Positions 48,098-61,282 are shown, numbered from the stretch's first letter. The stretch is 64,000 bases of DNA from Vermamoeba vermiformis (GCA_045837725.1 JBEWZL010000244.1:310001-374000); one strand, 5' to 3'. A program made the numbers and translations. Notes: generated by a model not told the origin, from the letters alone.

Positions 48098-50908
48098 TTA
48101 ACGAACCCAGTAGTAATCTGTTGCTGAGTAACTATTACAACCAGTACGATGAACTAAAAGTGTTGTTGGCCGTTCATAAACACATAACTGGCCATTACTA
48201 CTAAAACGATTGGCCATGTGTAGGTTTCTGTCGAACTTCCAGGTAAAATCAGCGAGATCCCAGATCTGTTCTCGACCAATCACTTTCATCGATGTCAAAT
48301 CGATTGCTGGACGATACTGACCCTATCAATAGGACTCATATTAGTACAGATGGCAAGTCGAAGGTGTTTCAAGCCATTACCCAGTGCTCGGAGTACGTGA
48401 GATTGGGATCAGTGGACATTCTGACAGGTGCGTGCAAGAACCGTCTGTCCCACTCTGACACGTGTCGCGCAACAACAAACATCGCCTCACTGTCATTGCG
48501 CACTGCAAAGTTCTGCACCACGCCATCACGCACATTCACAACACTCTGTGACGAGGTGACACTTGGTGTGCGTGCATCGAACTGTTGGAGCCACTTGCAC
48601 GACTTGTCAAGGCCGTACCCTGTCTTGTTGTCATCGCTGTGCATCTGTACTGTGCAGAGGTCAGTGGTCCAGGGGTATGGTTGAATCTGATTGGTCGTCA
48701 AGTCCATCCAATAGCCTGAAAGTGACACGTCAGAAACGTTGAAGTGTCAAAGTGCCAAAAAAAAAAATGCAAGCAATAGCATGTCTGAGATTAAAAATTC
48801 TTGTTATATTGTTCGTATTTCGAGATTATTTGTCAAATTGATGCGGTTGTAAATATGGCACTGTGAATAGTAAATTATTTCTTACCACATCCGATCAGCG
48901 AATTTTCGTTCAATTGAAAATAACCACTGCCAGCTGTATTAATCAAGGTACTCTGTATGTCGTGCGTATTGATTAATGTCGGATATGCCATGCTGCTGCT
49001 GAGAACTGAAATGGTTGTACCATGAACTGCGTAAATAGTTTGTCCTTTGTACAAACGAGCGGAAAAATTATTGTCCATGATCCATGCAGGCCGTGAAGCT
49101 GTCGCAAAAAATAAAAGTTTTTTGTGCTTCGTATTGCCAAATTTGTACCAACTAAGTGTCGCATGCGGATCTTGACGAACAACCAATAAATCTTCTTGGC
49201 TTAATTCAAGCGACCTAGTCGAACCATTGTAAAAAGTTGCATACCACATGGTGTATTTGTATTCCCTCAGTCTGCAAAATAAAAATTCAGATTTAATTTA
49301 AAATTTTGGATCAAAATTAATTTGTTTTTTCTTACCGTAGTTTTTGAAGGAAATCAGTGGCTGGTACAATCATGCCAGTAAAATATTTTCTACTCAAATA
49401 ATTGAATATGTACTCGTTCTTCATAACAACGTTGTGGATCCGTTTGTTGGTCAATGACAGCTGAACAATTTGTTTGTAACTTAATAGTCGTGCGATACAA
49501 TAGATAATATCGCTCGGTAGTTCCTCGAAATTAAATGGCTCGTTGTAAATAAGACTATTATCATTAATAGGGCGTTGATTGGCCAAGCTGAAAAAGTCTT
49601 TCAAAAAAAAGGTGGATCAGATCCAGCCGATGATTCGAAAAAAATGGTAAGAAAGCACTATACCTTTGCTATTCGGAACTATATCATTAGCAAATACCCC
49701 TAATATCCATTTGGGTGTAGCTGTCCGTATCAACAAGTACCGTTTGAAATCCGGATTGAACTGCAAAATTTTCTGCCGCAAATCATCGTCGATTTCATGC
49801 AACGGAATTCTTTTGAACATAGCTATTAAATAATTGCCTATTTTTCCGGAAAAAGTCAACGGCCATAGTTTCATATTTGGAATGAGCGACCGGATGTCGA
49901 TGTTTTTTGAATGATGTGCCAAAAGTAACTGCACGAGGTGCTGTTCATCTTTACGCTGCAAATAGACTTTCAACTTCAATGTTTCATCTCCTCTGCAAAT
50001 ATTACCAAATTAGGAAATCAGGTACCAAAGGCGGTAATTACTTACTTTCTTGGAAATTTCCTCGCGAGTAACAGCCACAATTTAGTTTCTTGTGGTTTAT
50101 AATAATTTTCTTGTCTATTATCAACTTCTTCTTCTAATCTTAAGCGATCTTGTTCAGTCCACTCAAAAAAATCGAATAATTTTTCTTCCTCGGCGGATGC
50201 GTAATATTTCGGGATTGAGTTGATCCACCATTGCTTCGTTAATGCAAAGTACTTGCTATTGTTGTAGTATTTTGACATTGCTTCAGTGAAAAAGCGCCAA
50301 GACAAATTTGTAAATGCAATATTGCCGTGGATGTCTGGCTCTTCTAACAGATCTTCTCCAATAACGTCTGTAAACCTCCTATTTATTTCATAAATTCGTC
50401 AAAAACCTCTCCGTAATTTAAACTATCGATATAGGATAATAATTGGCCCATTGCTTCAAGTAAGGAAGGATCCCGTATTTTAAATTTAAATTTGATTAAT
50501 CAAAAAGGACCTCTATTTAAACTGACAATAATATACGAATATCGTCATAGTTATAACTTACTTAACATCCTCGAGAGCGCCTTCGTAGATGCGCATTACA
50601 AGGAAAACGATGTTTTGACCGTTCTCTTGTTTCCACGCACGAAGACCATTTCTAATCGTATCAGATAGCTCCATTAACTTCGTAGCATCTTCTAAAATAC
50701 TGTTGTGCTTCCATCTTAGCTCGTAAACTCGTTGGCCCAGATCAAGTAGTTCTTGGATCGCCCGGATGGCTTTTTGCTCCGTGTCCTTAATTGCCCATAA
50801 ATCGCCAATTCTCGCATTATAATCTTTTCGTTTTTGTGCAAATTTAACGAACAGATCGACTAAGTTTGAGGTCAGAGACGTGACAAGTCTTTGCCGTTTA
50901 TCTTCCAT
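48098..50908 (-). CDS. Central-F-box family protein, inverted paralog of 39313..42171
   Basis: FEELPSDIIYCIARLLSYKQIVQLSLTNKRIH. Same exon layout; shared motifs TKLWLLLAxKFP and RIPxHEI. Confidence 0.8.
48231..48737. repeat. Inverted repeat block B' (partner 41503-42008)
   Basis: Reverse-complement match read directly. Confidence 0.92.
49434..49718. repeat. Inverted repeat block A' (partner 40485-40768)
   Basis: Reverse-complement match read directly. Confidence 0.9.
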
Positions 50909-51364
50909 TCTATTTAAAATTCCTAAAATTAGATAATTATTAATTATAATTATAGAGATAATTATTTCAGGTTTAAATCATTTTCCAAAGCGTAAAAATG
51001 GATTTGTCCAGAATTGACACTGTCAGGCTATCTACCAACCTTTACGGTATCACTGAAGACGAATAAAAATTGTAAAAGTCATCCACTTGAGGTCATCGAT
51101 AGTAAGCGAGGCTGTTTGTGTTATTGGGACCGGAAACGGACACTTAAACAGCCCTGTGTGGTCCTAAATCCAAAAGAAGCTGCTGTTCCCAAACAAGATA
51201 TTTGCAACATATCAAATATATAGAAAGTGCGCCGCTTGTTGTTTCTATGTTGCAGCGATTTGTATTATTGTTTTTTACAAAGAACTCTTTTCGAGGAGCA
51301 CAACACCATCCAGATCTTAAACATAACATAAATATATATATAGTCGGGTATTAACTTCAGGCCA

Positions 51365-52056
51365 ATGAATCACGATCGCTTGCTGCATCAACTTGAAATG
51401 TTTGATAAAACCTCTTTAAAACATACCCCAGGTAAGATCTTCCAAAAATTGTTTTAAAGAATACTGTAGTAATTTTTATCTATAATAACACGTATAATTT
51501 ACAAATTTTTTGTGGCAGATCCGACAAATAAAAGAGAACCGCCGTCACTTAAAGACTTAGCAACAGAAACTGCAGCGTATTACTGGAAACAATTAAATAT
51601 TTCAAACCTTAACCTAGATACACTATGGTTATTATTCAGAGCTATTTCGCGCAGGGGCAAATTGACGGATGAAATAATTAAAAAAATTGTGGAAGAGACA
51701 GACTGCATATTTTACGACGTAGAACGATATGACGTTAGATACAACGTTAATATGACCTATAATGGCTTAAAATATTTGACCAAATTAATGCCTAACTTAC
51801 AATTCATTGATATTTCTGGATCGAACTTAGCCGATACAATACAAACTTATCAACACTTATTCTCACGTAAGTATAACTAAATATTACTATACTATAATAC
51901 TGACCATATTTTGACTTATCAGGGAGCAAACTGAAAGAGATCAGGACAACGCCACTTCTCGACCAAAAATCTAGCGCTCAATTAACTAATTTAGCATGGG
52001 TATTTCAATGGAACATAAACCCTTGGTTCACTGTAATGACTAAACAACTGCAGTAA
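51365..52056 (+). CDS. Small protein with thymosin/WH2-like motif, BC-box-like motif and LRR-like repeats
   Basis: Exons 51365-51431, 51519-51866 and about 51923-52056 join in frame: LLHQLEMFDKTSLKHT, PPSLKDLATETAA, MTYNGLKYLTKLMPNLQFIDISGSNL. A further upstream exon is possible. Confidence 0.7.
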
Positions 52057-52097
52057 ATAATATCAAGTAAAAATACCTTTTATTTGTACGTCAAGTC

Positions 52098-55000
52098 CTA
52101 ACGTGTGTTCAAAGCCAAGATCGCTTGTCTCAATGTGGTGAATGTCTCGCGCATTGAAGGCATGGCATCGAACTCCTCCAAACTGATCTTTTCACGTGCA
52201 GGATACAACCAAGGCTACGAGTAGTGGATCCGGTTAGTCACATGTCACGCAACTTTTTGTTATTATTCTACTCTTGCACGTACCTTGATAGTATCGATGA
52301 AGTCACGTGGTGTGGGTCTGAGAATGCCTTCCCAATCAACTAAGACTTTAGGAGGCACTGTGCGGTTGATCTTAATGCCAATAGACAAGAACATTGCCAC
52401 GAGGGCGATATAACCTAAATAAGGAAAGTCATTAGTCTCATTGCCCACAATAACTCATATCCTTATAATACGTACCAGTAGCAGCAGTACCACGAGACAA
52501 AGGCATAAAGTTGTACCAGTAGAAAACGATCGTCAAGATCCAGTCGGAAACACTGCGAGCAAGTCAGTTATGATAGCTCTAGTATAATAATAATGTACCG
52601 CTAATGAACTTACATGTCGAGATCGAAGTCAGGCTTGGAGGCCTCAGCCAAGAATTGCTCGAAGCAGTAAGCCAACTCGATGTCGTAGTCGATCCAACGA
52701 GGAGGAGTGCCGGGGGTACGAATGGAGTACTCGAAGCCCTCAGGAGGCACGTACTGCAAAGTGAGACGAGTGCCTTCCATAATCTTGCCGGGTGTAGCAG
52801 TGCTGTGGCAAGGAGTGACGACCCAGAAGTCGCGCTTCATCACCTCGTACATCTCTTTCAAGGTTTGGACCTTCTCGACTTGCTTGGCCATTGCTTCAGA
52901 GACCGTGCATTGTTCGGGAATAAGTCTCTTAACAATAGGGAAAGATCTACAGCCAGTAATTAGACTTAATACTCTCGCTTATTAGGCCAATTACTTACGG
53001 AACAAACATGGGACCATAACGCACGACATCGCATTGACCAGTGATGATGGGCGTGTGAGAACCAAAGCCTTCAGCGAACTGTTCAGGAGTCAACAAATCG
53101 ACCCACCAGACAGGATCGTTAGGCTCAGAAATTTGACGCCAGCGAACAGTAATGTCGAACATGTCACGCCAGTTCAACGCGTGAGGCTTGTCGGTGTAAC
53201 TGCTAGCTCGACCGTCAATGGTCAGACTGCCAGCCTTGAAGTAAGCGCGCAACATTTGAGCGACTTCAAGCGCTGCAAGACCAGCGAAGGACATCTGACG
53301 TCTGTTGGGCAAGTAGCCAGGGCTGTCTTGATGCAACAACTTGCCGTACCAACGGCTGAATGTGACGAGCTTGCGGGCATTCTCGCCGACAGGCTCTTCG
53401 TTGTACTCGATATCGGCAATTGAAGGATCGGCAGGCTTTTGAGGAACATAGTTGGCTACACCTCGCGTTAGTTATTTGACTTATTTTGACTTAATGAACG
53501 ACACTTACGCAACAACTTTGGGCTGCTTCGTTTGCACCAAGCTTCTTTGAAGTGAGGATCCAATTCTCTATCCATATTGAACGCATAGAAGTCTGTGTCG
53601 AGGTGGTGTTGCCAGTAGAGAGCAATTTCCTTTTGATACCAAGCAACGTGTTCGGGCTTGCGAGACAAGCAATAATCATATTCAGCAATACCAGCGTTAA
53701 GCATACCCTATCAAGGTAGTAATATTAACACCGAGACTGTAGACTAAAATATTAAACGTACGAGACCGTGCATAATAACACCGCGCATGTGTCGGCTGTC
53801 AACGTGGTAAGGATCGGATTTAACAGCTGTGTTGAGATCATCGAGGGCTCTGAAGTGTTCACCAACACCAAAGCGAGCCATAGCACGCAAGTGGTAAGCG
53901 TGGACGTAATTGGGATCGAATTCGAGCGCCTTAGTGAAGAACTGCTCGGACTTCTCGTAGTTACCCCAATCTTTGTAGGCTTGAGCCATGTTCGCCCAAG
54001 CCTCTTTGAATGTACGATCCAAACTGATAGCCTTCATGTGAGCTTCAACGGCCTACAAACCCCTTGTTATTTCGTTGCTTTTACAATGTTGATTCAAATT
54101 CTACGTACCTCTTTGCAGTTACCAATTGCGTTGAAACACAGACCCATATGATTCCAAGTCAATTTGTTCGAGTGATCAAATTTAGTAGCTTCTTTGAAGT
54201 CGTCCAAAGCACGCTTGAAGTTCTTTTGTTTGTAGTAGACGAGACCTCGTTGGTGATACACTTCGTGGTCCTTTTGCAAATTAACAGCACGAGTGAAATC
54301 ATCAATAGCTTCAGCATCGTATCCACGAGCAGCACGAGTCTAACACGACATTAGGAACATCAATATCAGAACAAATTAGGCATACCTGACCACGGCGTTT
54401 AAGAGCATCAACGCACTCGGGATCAATCTTCAAAGCAGCAGTGAAGTCTTCAATAGCCAGATCGAGTTGTCCCGACAAAGCGTAAGCAGTACCACGTCCC
54501 AAAAATGCGGCGACGATGCGCGGGTTCTTGGCAATCAGCTCGCTGAACAACTTAATGCCAGGGCCGAAGTTACCAGTATTCACGTGCAAGTAACCAAGAG
54601 CTACGCATTAACATTAGAATTACGCTACTATGAGTCTCAAAATCCGTACCAATTTTCTGATCGACGTCAGGATTGCCAACACCGTGTTGCACGAGACCGC
54701 GAGCAGCAACGGCAATGCTGGCTTGAATAGACTTGTCGTTGACATCAACAGGCTGTGCTTTGCTGGATGAAGAGATACGCAGTTGTTCGCCGTCAGCGTC
54801 AGTAACAGCGTCAACAGTGCCTTGTTTGCGATTGAAAGTGACAGGCGGGCGTTGATCCTCATCGGGTTCCAATGGTGGAGGTCCGTCATTAAAGCTAGCA
54901 CTTGGGGTAGGTGCCGCGCGAGGAGCGACAGGAGCGGGTCTAGATACGACTTGAGGTGCAATGACGGGTGTCTCTTGATGCTGAGGAGTTTGGCCTGAAT

Positions 55001-55628
55001 AAAAATAGTGTCAGATCCAGCTTTCGCGAAGAATGACAGAATCGATTTAAAAAGCAACATTTAAATTAATTTGGTTATTATATTACCTTTAGAGTACATA
55101 AGCAAGTTAGCTAGGACTTCGAAGTCTCCGTCCAAGGTCAAGCCCTTCGCAAAGGTTTTATCAGCATCTGCGGTTTTGCCAATTGCTTTCAATGCCTCTC
55201 CTATTCTAATATTAACAAATATTTATTGGAATATTTTTAACGTACCTTTCTTAAGATAAGCCTTCAAGCAGTTCGCATCCAATTTAAGTGCTGCGTCACA
55301 ATCTTGAATACATTTTCGATATAGCTCCAGTTTATAATAGGCAGTTGCTCTATTGCTAAATATTACAAAATTAATTTATTTCTGGCTAAGGAATATTTTT
55401 TGAAATTTTAAAACGGATTTGTATTAAATAATATTAAATTCTGCTACGTGGCAATTCTTTTGTGGCAGCGTATGCTCATTTATAACAAATATGACTCTGC
55501 AAATTAAATATTTCTTACCAATAATAATTGACGTTTTGCTCGCTCTCCAGCAAGTTGGTCAGATGACGGATTGCATCCGAGTACCTGCCTTCGGCAAAAG
55601 CTGTCAACGCGAGTTGCTTATCCTCCAT
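52098..55628 (-). CDS. TTC13: TPR protein of the TTC13 / plant SRFR1 family
   Basis: Many TPRs (e.g. EAWANMAQAYKDWGN). C-terminal motifs AVRWRQISEP-like VRWRQISEPNDPVWWVD, FAEGFGSHTP, IMEGTRLTL, FEYSIRTPGTPPRW, YWYNFMPLSRGTAATG and VDWEGIL. Confidence 0.88.
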
Positions 55629-56645
55629 ATTATTCAACTCCTTAATAATTACGCGTGTTGGTGTTGAATAACGCAGAGAGAAACGGGACTAAAGAGACAA
55701 AAACTCATTCTCGCATTTATCTAGCTGTGTGAATCAACACATGACCTACTTTCTATCGTCCTAATTATACACCCTTATGGTCGTATATTTACACATGCGC
55801 CAACTTCAGACGAACAAGTCTCGTGTCTATGGTGATCAGCCATCTACAGCGCACATTCAACGGCACAACTCCAGGTATTCCTGTTAAGAGGAATACCCTA
55901 TTGAGAATGCACAGTTGATTATATGAACGCCCTAAGGGTCGTATACAACTGAGAACGTTCACTGGTGACCGCTGAAGAAAAGCCGATCTAAACACGCGTT
56001 GCAAGGAACACTTTTCCGAGCTTACAAGGTAAGCAGTAATATTTTTTCAAGTATGAATATTCTCTATACTATATGTAGAACGTGGTTTGAGCTTTTTCGC
56101 ATTATTTCTCGATATCTATCCATTTTTAAAATTATTTTTTTGCATCTGGTCTCGAGTTCAAATTTTGATTATAAGCAACAAGACCTCTCCCAACGCTCAC
56201 AATAGCATGAAAATAATCTCAATAACGCACATAACTACCGACGACATCGAAGCGCGATAAAATCGTCTTATTTCGATCCTTTTGTAACGGTCACTTTTTG
56301 ATGTCGACGGATGTTGATCCGTTCAGTTTTGATTAAAGTTTTGACGTCGTGCTGAGACACTGTCGCAGTTGTCGTACGAAAATAGTGGTTTGCAAAGTCT
56401 GATTGCGTGGCTAAATTACAGATAAAACTCATTGAAATTACATCCGAAACTACCTACATCTCGCGCTACGTTTGTGTCTTATGACGAAAAAGGCTAAGAT
56501 ACGATCGCTTTCGATGATAATTCACCCAAAATCGTTCCTGTTTTATTGCTCGCTTCTCAAGTCACACGTGGACCATTGGCGCATAAAAACCCTCGATCCT
56601 GGATCTTCATTCTTTAAATTACTTTTTACTCAAATAACAAGCAAG

Positions 56646-58992
56646 ATGTCAAATCAACAAGAAATTAACCCTGCCATTGAAGTGGTCCAATCTCTTCAAC
56701 AAGGCGAGTTGCCTAAGAACGAGCAGATGGCTAAGATAATGAACAAGGCTGATGACTTCTTGGAGCAACAAAAGCAAGACGCTTCTACTAGTCAAGTAAG
56801 CCATATTCATTATTTGAGTGGTTCTATATCGGATTCTAATCTATTTGCCTTGTAGGAAAAGAAAATTTTGTCGGATGCGCAAAGCCTTATTGAAGCTACC
56901 AACCAATTGATGATTAACAAGAACCCCGACGAGAAACTTCAAAGATTCATCGAGGCTTCCGCTAAGGTCACTCAAGACGCTGCTTCTACTGCCACATCCG
57001 AAATGTACGTACTGGAAATTGAAACTGAATCAAATGTTTCGTTTCAATGCATTATTACTGTTTTATATGAATGTCATTTAACATTATGATTTGTAGTGGC
57101 GAGATGAAGGTCACTTCTACCGAAAAGAAGCAAGTGCAGGACATTTACGACGGATTGCTTGGCTTCCTCAAAATGTTGAGCACTAGCCCTGAATTCAGAC
57201 GCCACATCCTCGACTTGACTAACATTTTGCAAGATATTTTCGTCCGAAGTAAGTCTATAGCTCTAATTAGAATTTCCTTTTGGATCAGAATCTAACTTTT
57301 CGCAGCTGAAATTATGAAATCGAAGCCTACCCCTATCCCCTTGCCATCTCACGAGGCTATCACTACACTACCCACTTCTACCGGATCGGTCGGCTACCCT
57401 TACACTGAAACTCCTTTCAAGCCGAGCAACCTCGACACATCTAGCGTCGGATTTGGCTTGGGTGCTACTTCTTCCGTCTCTGATTTGAACTCACCTGTTG
57501 GTGTTGGTACTCGCTCAGTCGACGACTGGTCTACTATTTACACTTGGGGCGTTACTTCTGAAGAGCGAAATGACTGGAAGACTCAAATCCCTTCGCATCT
57601 CAGAACCGAATTTGCTGATCGCTTGATTAAAGTCTTCAGCGCTTTGAGAACTCGCCCTGACTGGACTCGCGGTGTTTTGGCCGTCTTCTCCATCTTGGAT
57701 ACTCAGTGCGTACTATTTTATTCTCGATCGATTTTTTTTTCGTTTCGTACTGACCTGGATCTTGCAGAGCTGCTCGTCTTCAACAAATCGCCAACGCTGC
57801 TTCTTCTTCCGTCGAAGAGAACAACCAAGCCCAAGTTGCTTTGGAAGAAGGCAAGGCCTTGCTCGAGTCTTTTACTCAGCGATCCCTCGAGCCTCTTCTC
57901 GCATCCAGCAAGGATCTGATCAACTTCATCCTCAACGACCCTGAAATGTGGTCTTGGATCAAGGAGCTGCGCTACTTCTTCGAAAACAGCTTCGAGTTCC
58001 CCAACTTGTGGTCATCCGAACAATACTCCAAGCGATTGGAACGATTGATCGATGATGGTCGCAGATTGATGAACAACGTCAAGTACAGAACGCAATATCA
58101 GCTCTTATTGTCCGAGTCTCAATCGTTGTTCGAGAGCATCGTCAACGATGCGGATGTGGTCAACTTGCAAGAGAAGGCCAAGAACTTCCTTCAAAACTTT
58201 GCTATTCGCGACAAGACCACCGGTGAAATAACATTCAACACTGACTTGTTGATGAGCATGCGCAAGTACCTCGTGCCTTTCTTTGTCGAACTCATGGACA
58301 AGATCCCAATCCCAGTAGTTGAAGGCTCGACTGACGAGTACGACTTTAAGTTAGAGAAGTAAGTCATATGAATATGAACGCTAGCCGAGTAGTATATTAA
58401 CATCTATATGATTAGCATCGTATTCTCTGGCTACGATATTATCCCTGAGCATATTGAGATCCACTCTCGCTCTGATATGGATCTGAACGTCAAGGACTTG
58501 AACGCCGAAAAGATTAACAGTCTTACTACTATCAAGATCTCTCACATTATGACCAAGATCGAGAACATGAAGTTCTGGTTCAAGAGAAAGACTTTCCCTG
58601 CCATGGAAGACTCCGGTCTTGCTGACGTCGAGTTGCGCGGTAACGAAGGTGCCAAGTTGTTGGTTGACATGCAAATGTTGATTCGCGACAACAACCCCGT
58701 CTTCCGCGTCATGAGCAGCCACGTCGAGATTGACAGATTGCGCATCACTGTCACTGAAGCCAAGCACGAGTGGTTGTTGAACGTCTTTGCCGCTGTTTTC
58801 GAGACTAAGTTGAAGGAGACCATGTCCAGAGCCGTCGAAGAGAAGATGAACACGTTGATCAAGTCGCTCGAAGAAGGTTTCACCAACGTCGTGAGCCAGT
58901 TCCCTGCTGCTTCGATCAAGCAATTCGCCAAAGAGCAATTGTTGGGCAGCAACACTAACACTGAAGCTACTTCGAAGCCTATTCAAGGATAA
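56646..58992 (+). CDS. HAM1-like / DUF4449 protein with BPI/TULIP-like C-terminal region
   Basis: VVQSLQQGELPKNEQM, NKNPDEKLQRFI, TSPEFRRHILDL, KIPIPVVEG, DIIPEHIEI, FWFKRKTFPAMEDSGLADV and VTEAKHEWLLN. Confidence 0.75.
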
Positions 58993-59126
58993 ATCAAATC
59001 ATAAGAATTTGAGTTCTTTGATCGAGCTTGCTGTAGAAAATTTTGTTAAATAAAAAACCCCAATCGATATTTTTACTAAAAAAGTCGGCTGGATCTGTAC
59101 AAATTAACATAAAAAAATTACAGTAT

Positions 59127-61282
59127 CTAGTTCATGAGGGCCTTGTATTGTTCGAGAATACGAGACTCGTCAGTCAAATCAATGTCCAAGTACGCATCTT
59201 CGTCTTTAGGCACGTCTTTAATGAAATCTTCTTCGTCTTTTTTCTTGCGCTCGTATTCTTCATCGACTTCCATACTCGCATTGACATCGTCATTATTATT
59301 CTCTTGTGTATTCAGTTCATTCTTCAGTTCTTCAATGTTCGAGTTAAGCGTGTCATCTGTCAATGGGACGTCAACAACACCTTCGCCCTTCAACAACAAG
59401 TCAATGGCCGCTTCAACGTTTCCAAAGGTCTTTTTGAGCGTCCCTCGTGCTTCTTCATTCGTAAAGCCCATTGCCATGACTTGTTGTATTTTCGGTTCCA
59501 AATCTTCTTCTTTAGGCTCGTTATTGACGCGCAACAGTTCAGGATTGTTCAACAGCAATGTCAGTGCGTGCTCGTGATTGTTGTCGGTCTGTTTCAACGC
59601 TTCGGCTACCATACTTTCTTCAAAGCCCATTCCCGTCAGTTCTATTTATAGAGTCAGTAATATAGCTATAATAATGAAGGTCTTACCATCTAACAGTTTG
59701 ATATCTAATTTGTTGCCCTTAGAAGTGTAGCCATAAAGTCGTTGTTTTCGTTCTTGTCGTCTTTGCGCACGTTCCATGTTGTTCAAATTATCTCGCTGGT
59801 CGTTTCTGCCCATCAAATACTGCACCGCTGCATTTTGATCTTTGTTCACCGCTCGAAGTCCAATGCGTGCCTCTGCAAAGAAGATCAATAATCGAGTCAG
59901 ATCTAATTAAGGATTTGACATACCTCTTGGCGTGAATCCGAGTTGAATAATCGGAGCCATCTCCGCGTCACTAACGCTCATTGCTATAAAAGGAAAGTTA
60001 ATATTGAAAACTCCGCTTAACTTTTAGTTAAAATTACGCACTTTTAATCTTATCTTCAGCCTTGTCCAATAGGAACTTTGCGAGCATAATGTCTGTGGTA
60101 AATGATGTCAGGATGATATTTCCTTATTTGGAAAATTAATTGTGTACGTACTTTGTGAATGATAAGCAACGATGGCTTGCAATAAAAACAATCGTGCGTA
60201 AATAACCATTGCAGGACAAGCACCACCTTTGACAGCAATCAGTCGTTCTTGATTGGGTCCGTGACTGTTCTTCAACATCTTTTCAGCTTGGTCTAGCCGC
60301 CACGCCGCATCTTTAAAGTGGTCCATATTTTTCATCAAAAAGTAAGTCCACGCGATATCTGAAAATATGACGGTTAAAGCGGATCCAGATCCGGCCTAGA
60401 TCAAACATCTTAACTTACCCAAGCATAACAGTGCATAATTATCGACTAGATTGAGCAGCTGGAATTCACTAAAAGAATGAAGGGTTAAGACGGATCCAGG
60501 TCAAATTTTGTTATTTAAGCATCTGATCGAGTGCGTACCATTGATTAAATCCTTTGTCTGCTTCCAAGAAAAAATCTAAAGCACTTCGCAGGTCTTTTTC
60601 TAACAGACAAGCTTTGCCTTTCTCGTGCAAAGTCATGCCTTTGACGAGACCTGATTTTTGTTTGGCTGGAATATCAACCTTGTTGCCTTTTTGATCGGTC
60701 AATTCGAACCCATAGTTAGTAAGTAATTCATCTTCGCTACGTTCAGCCTAAAAATTCAAGATCTTGTCAGTAACGCTGGATTTGGAAAGATCTGAGAAAT
60801 TTGGGGGCAAGTCCTTAAATTCTGGACAATAACGTACTATTCGTTCCGCTGCTTCTATAACACGTCGTTTGCGCTCTTCTTCGTCTGCTTTTTTAATTAC
60901 CTCTTCGCGTTGTTGTTGTGAGGCAGCCTTAAAATAGAAAAATAATTAATAATTCGTCACTAAGGATATTATTAATTTCTAGGAAAAGGAGTACAATACC
61001 TTTAGGACCATAAATTTAGCATTGTTTTTAATTCCTTGCTCATCTAATGTCAGATCGTCTTTCAGAACTCTGAATCCGAAATTGAAAATTATTTAAATAC
61101 TGATTTAAATTAAGGATTGATGTTTGCACGTACTTTCCAGACAACAATATTTTCATTGAATCATATGGAATATTCGTGTGTTTCGAAGCTTCTTTTTTCA
61201 AGTCGATCCCTTTTGCAGATTTGTCAATGCGAATCGTCACTGGGCTCTTGCCAGTTAATTTCAGCGAAATACTATTGTCCAT
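59127..61282 (-). CDS. NUB1: NEDD8 ultimate buster 1 (UBL + NUB1 domain + UBA domains)
   Basis: N-terminal UBL (MKILLSGK), GMTLHEKGK, LVDNYALLCLDIAWTYF, HGPNQERL and ARLFLLQAIVAYH, followed by UBA repeats (LGF...EARIGLRA, MGFEESMVAEALKQ, MGFTNEEAR) and terminal YLDIDLTDE. Confidence 0.94.

Noticed and set aside
58381-59651. Long antisense ORFs (58381..58986, 59043..59651, 59134..59577)
   Set aside because: These are shadows of codon-biased sense exons of the HAM1-like and NUB1 genes, with no protein-like motifs.
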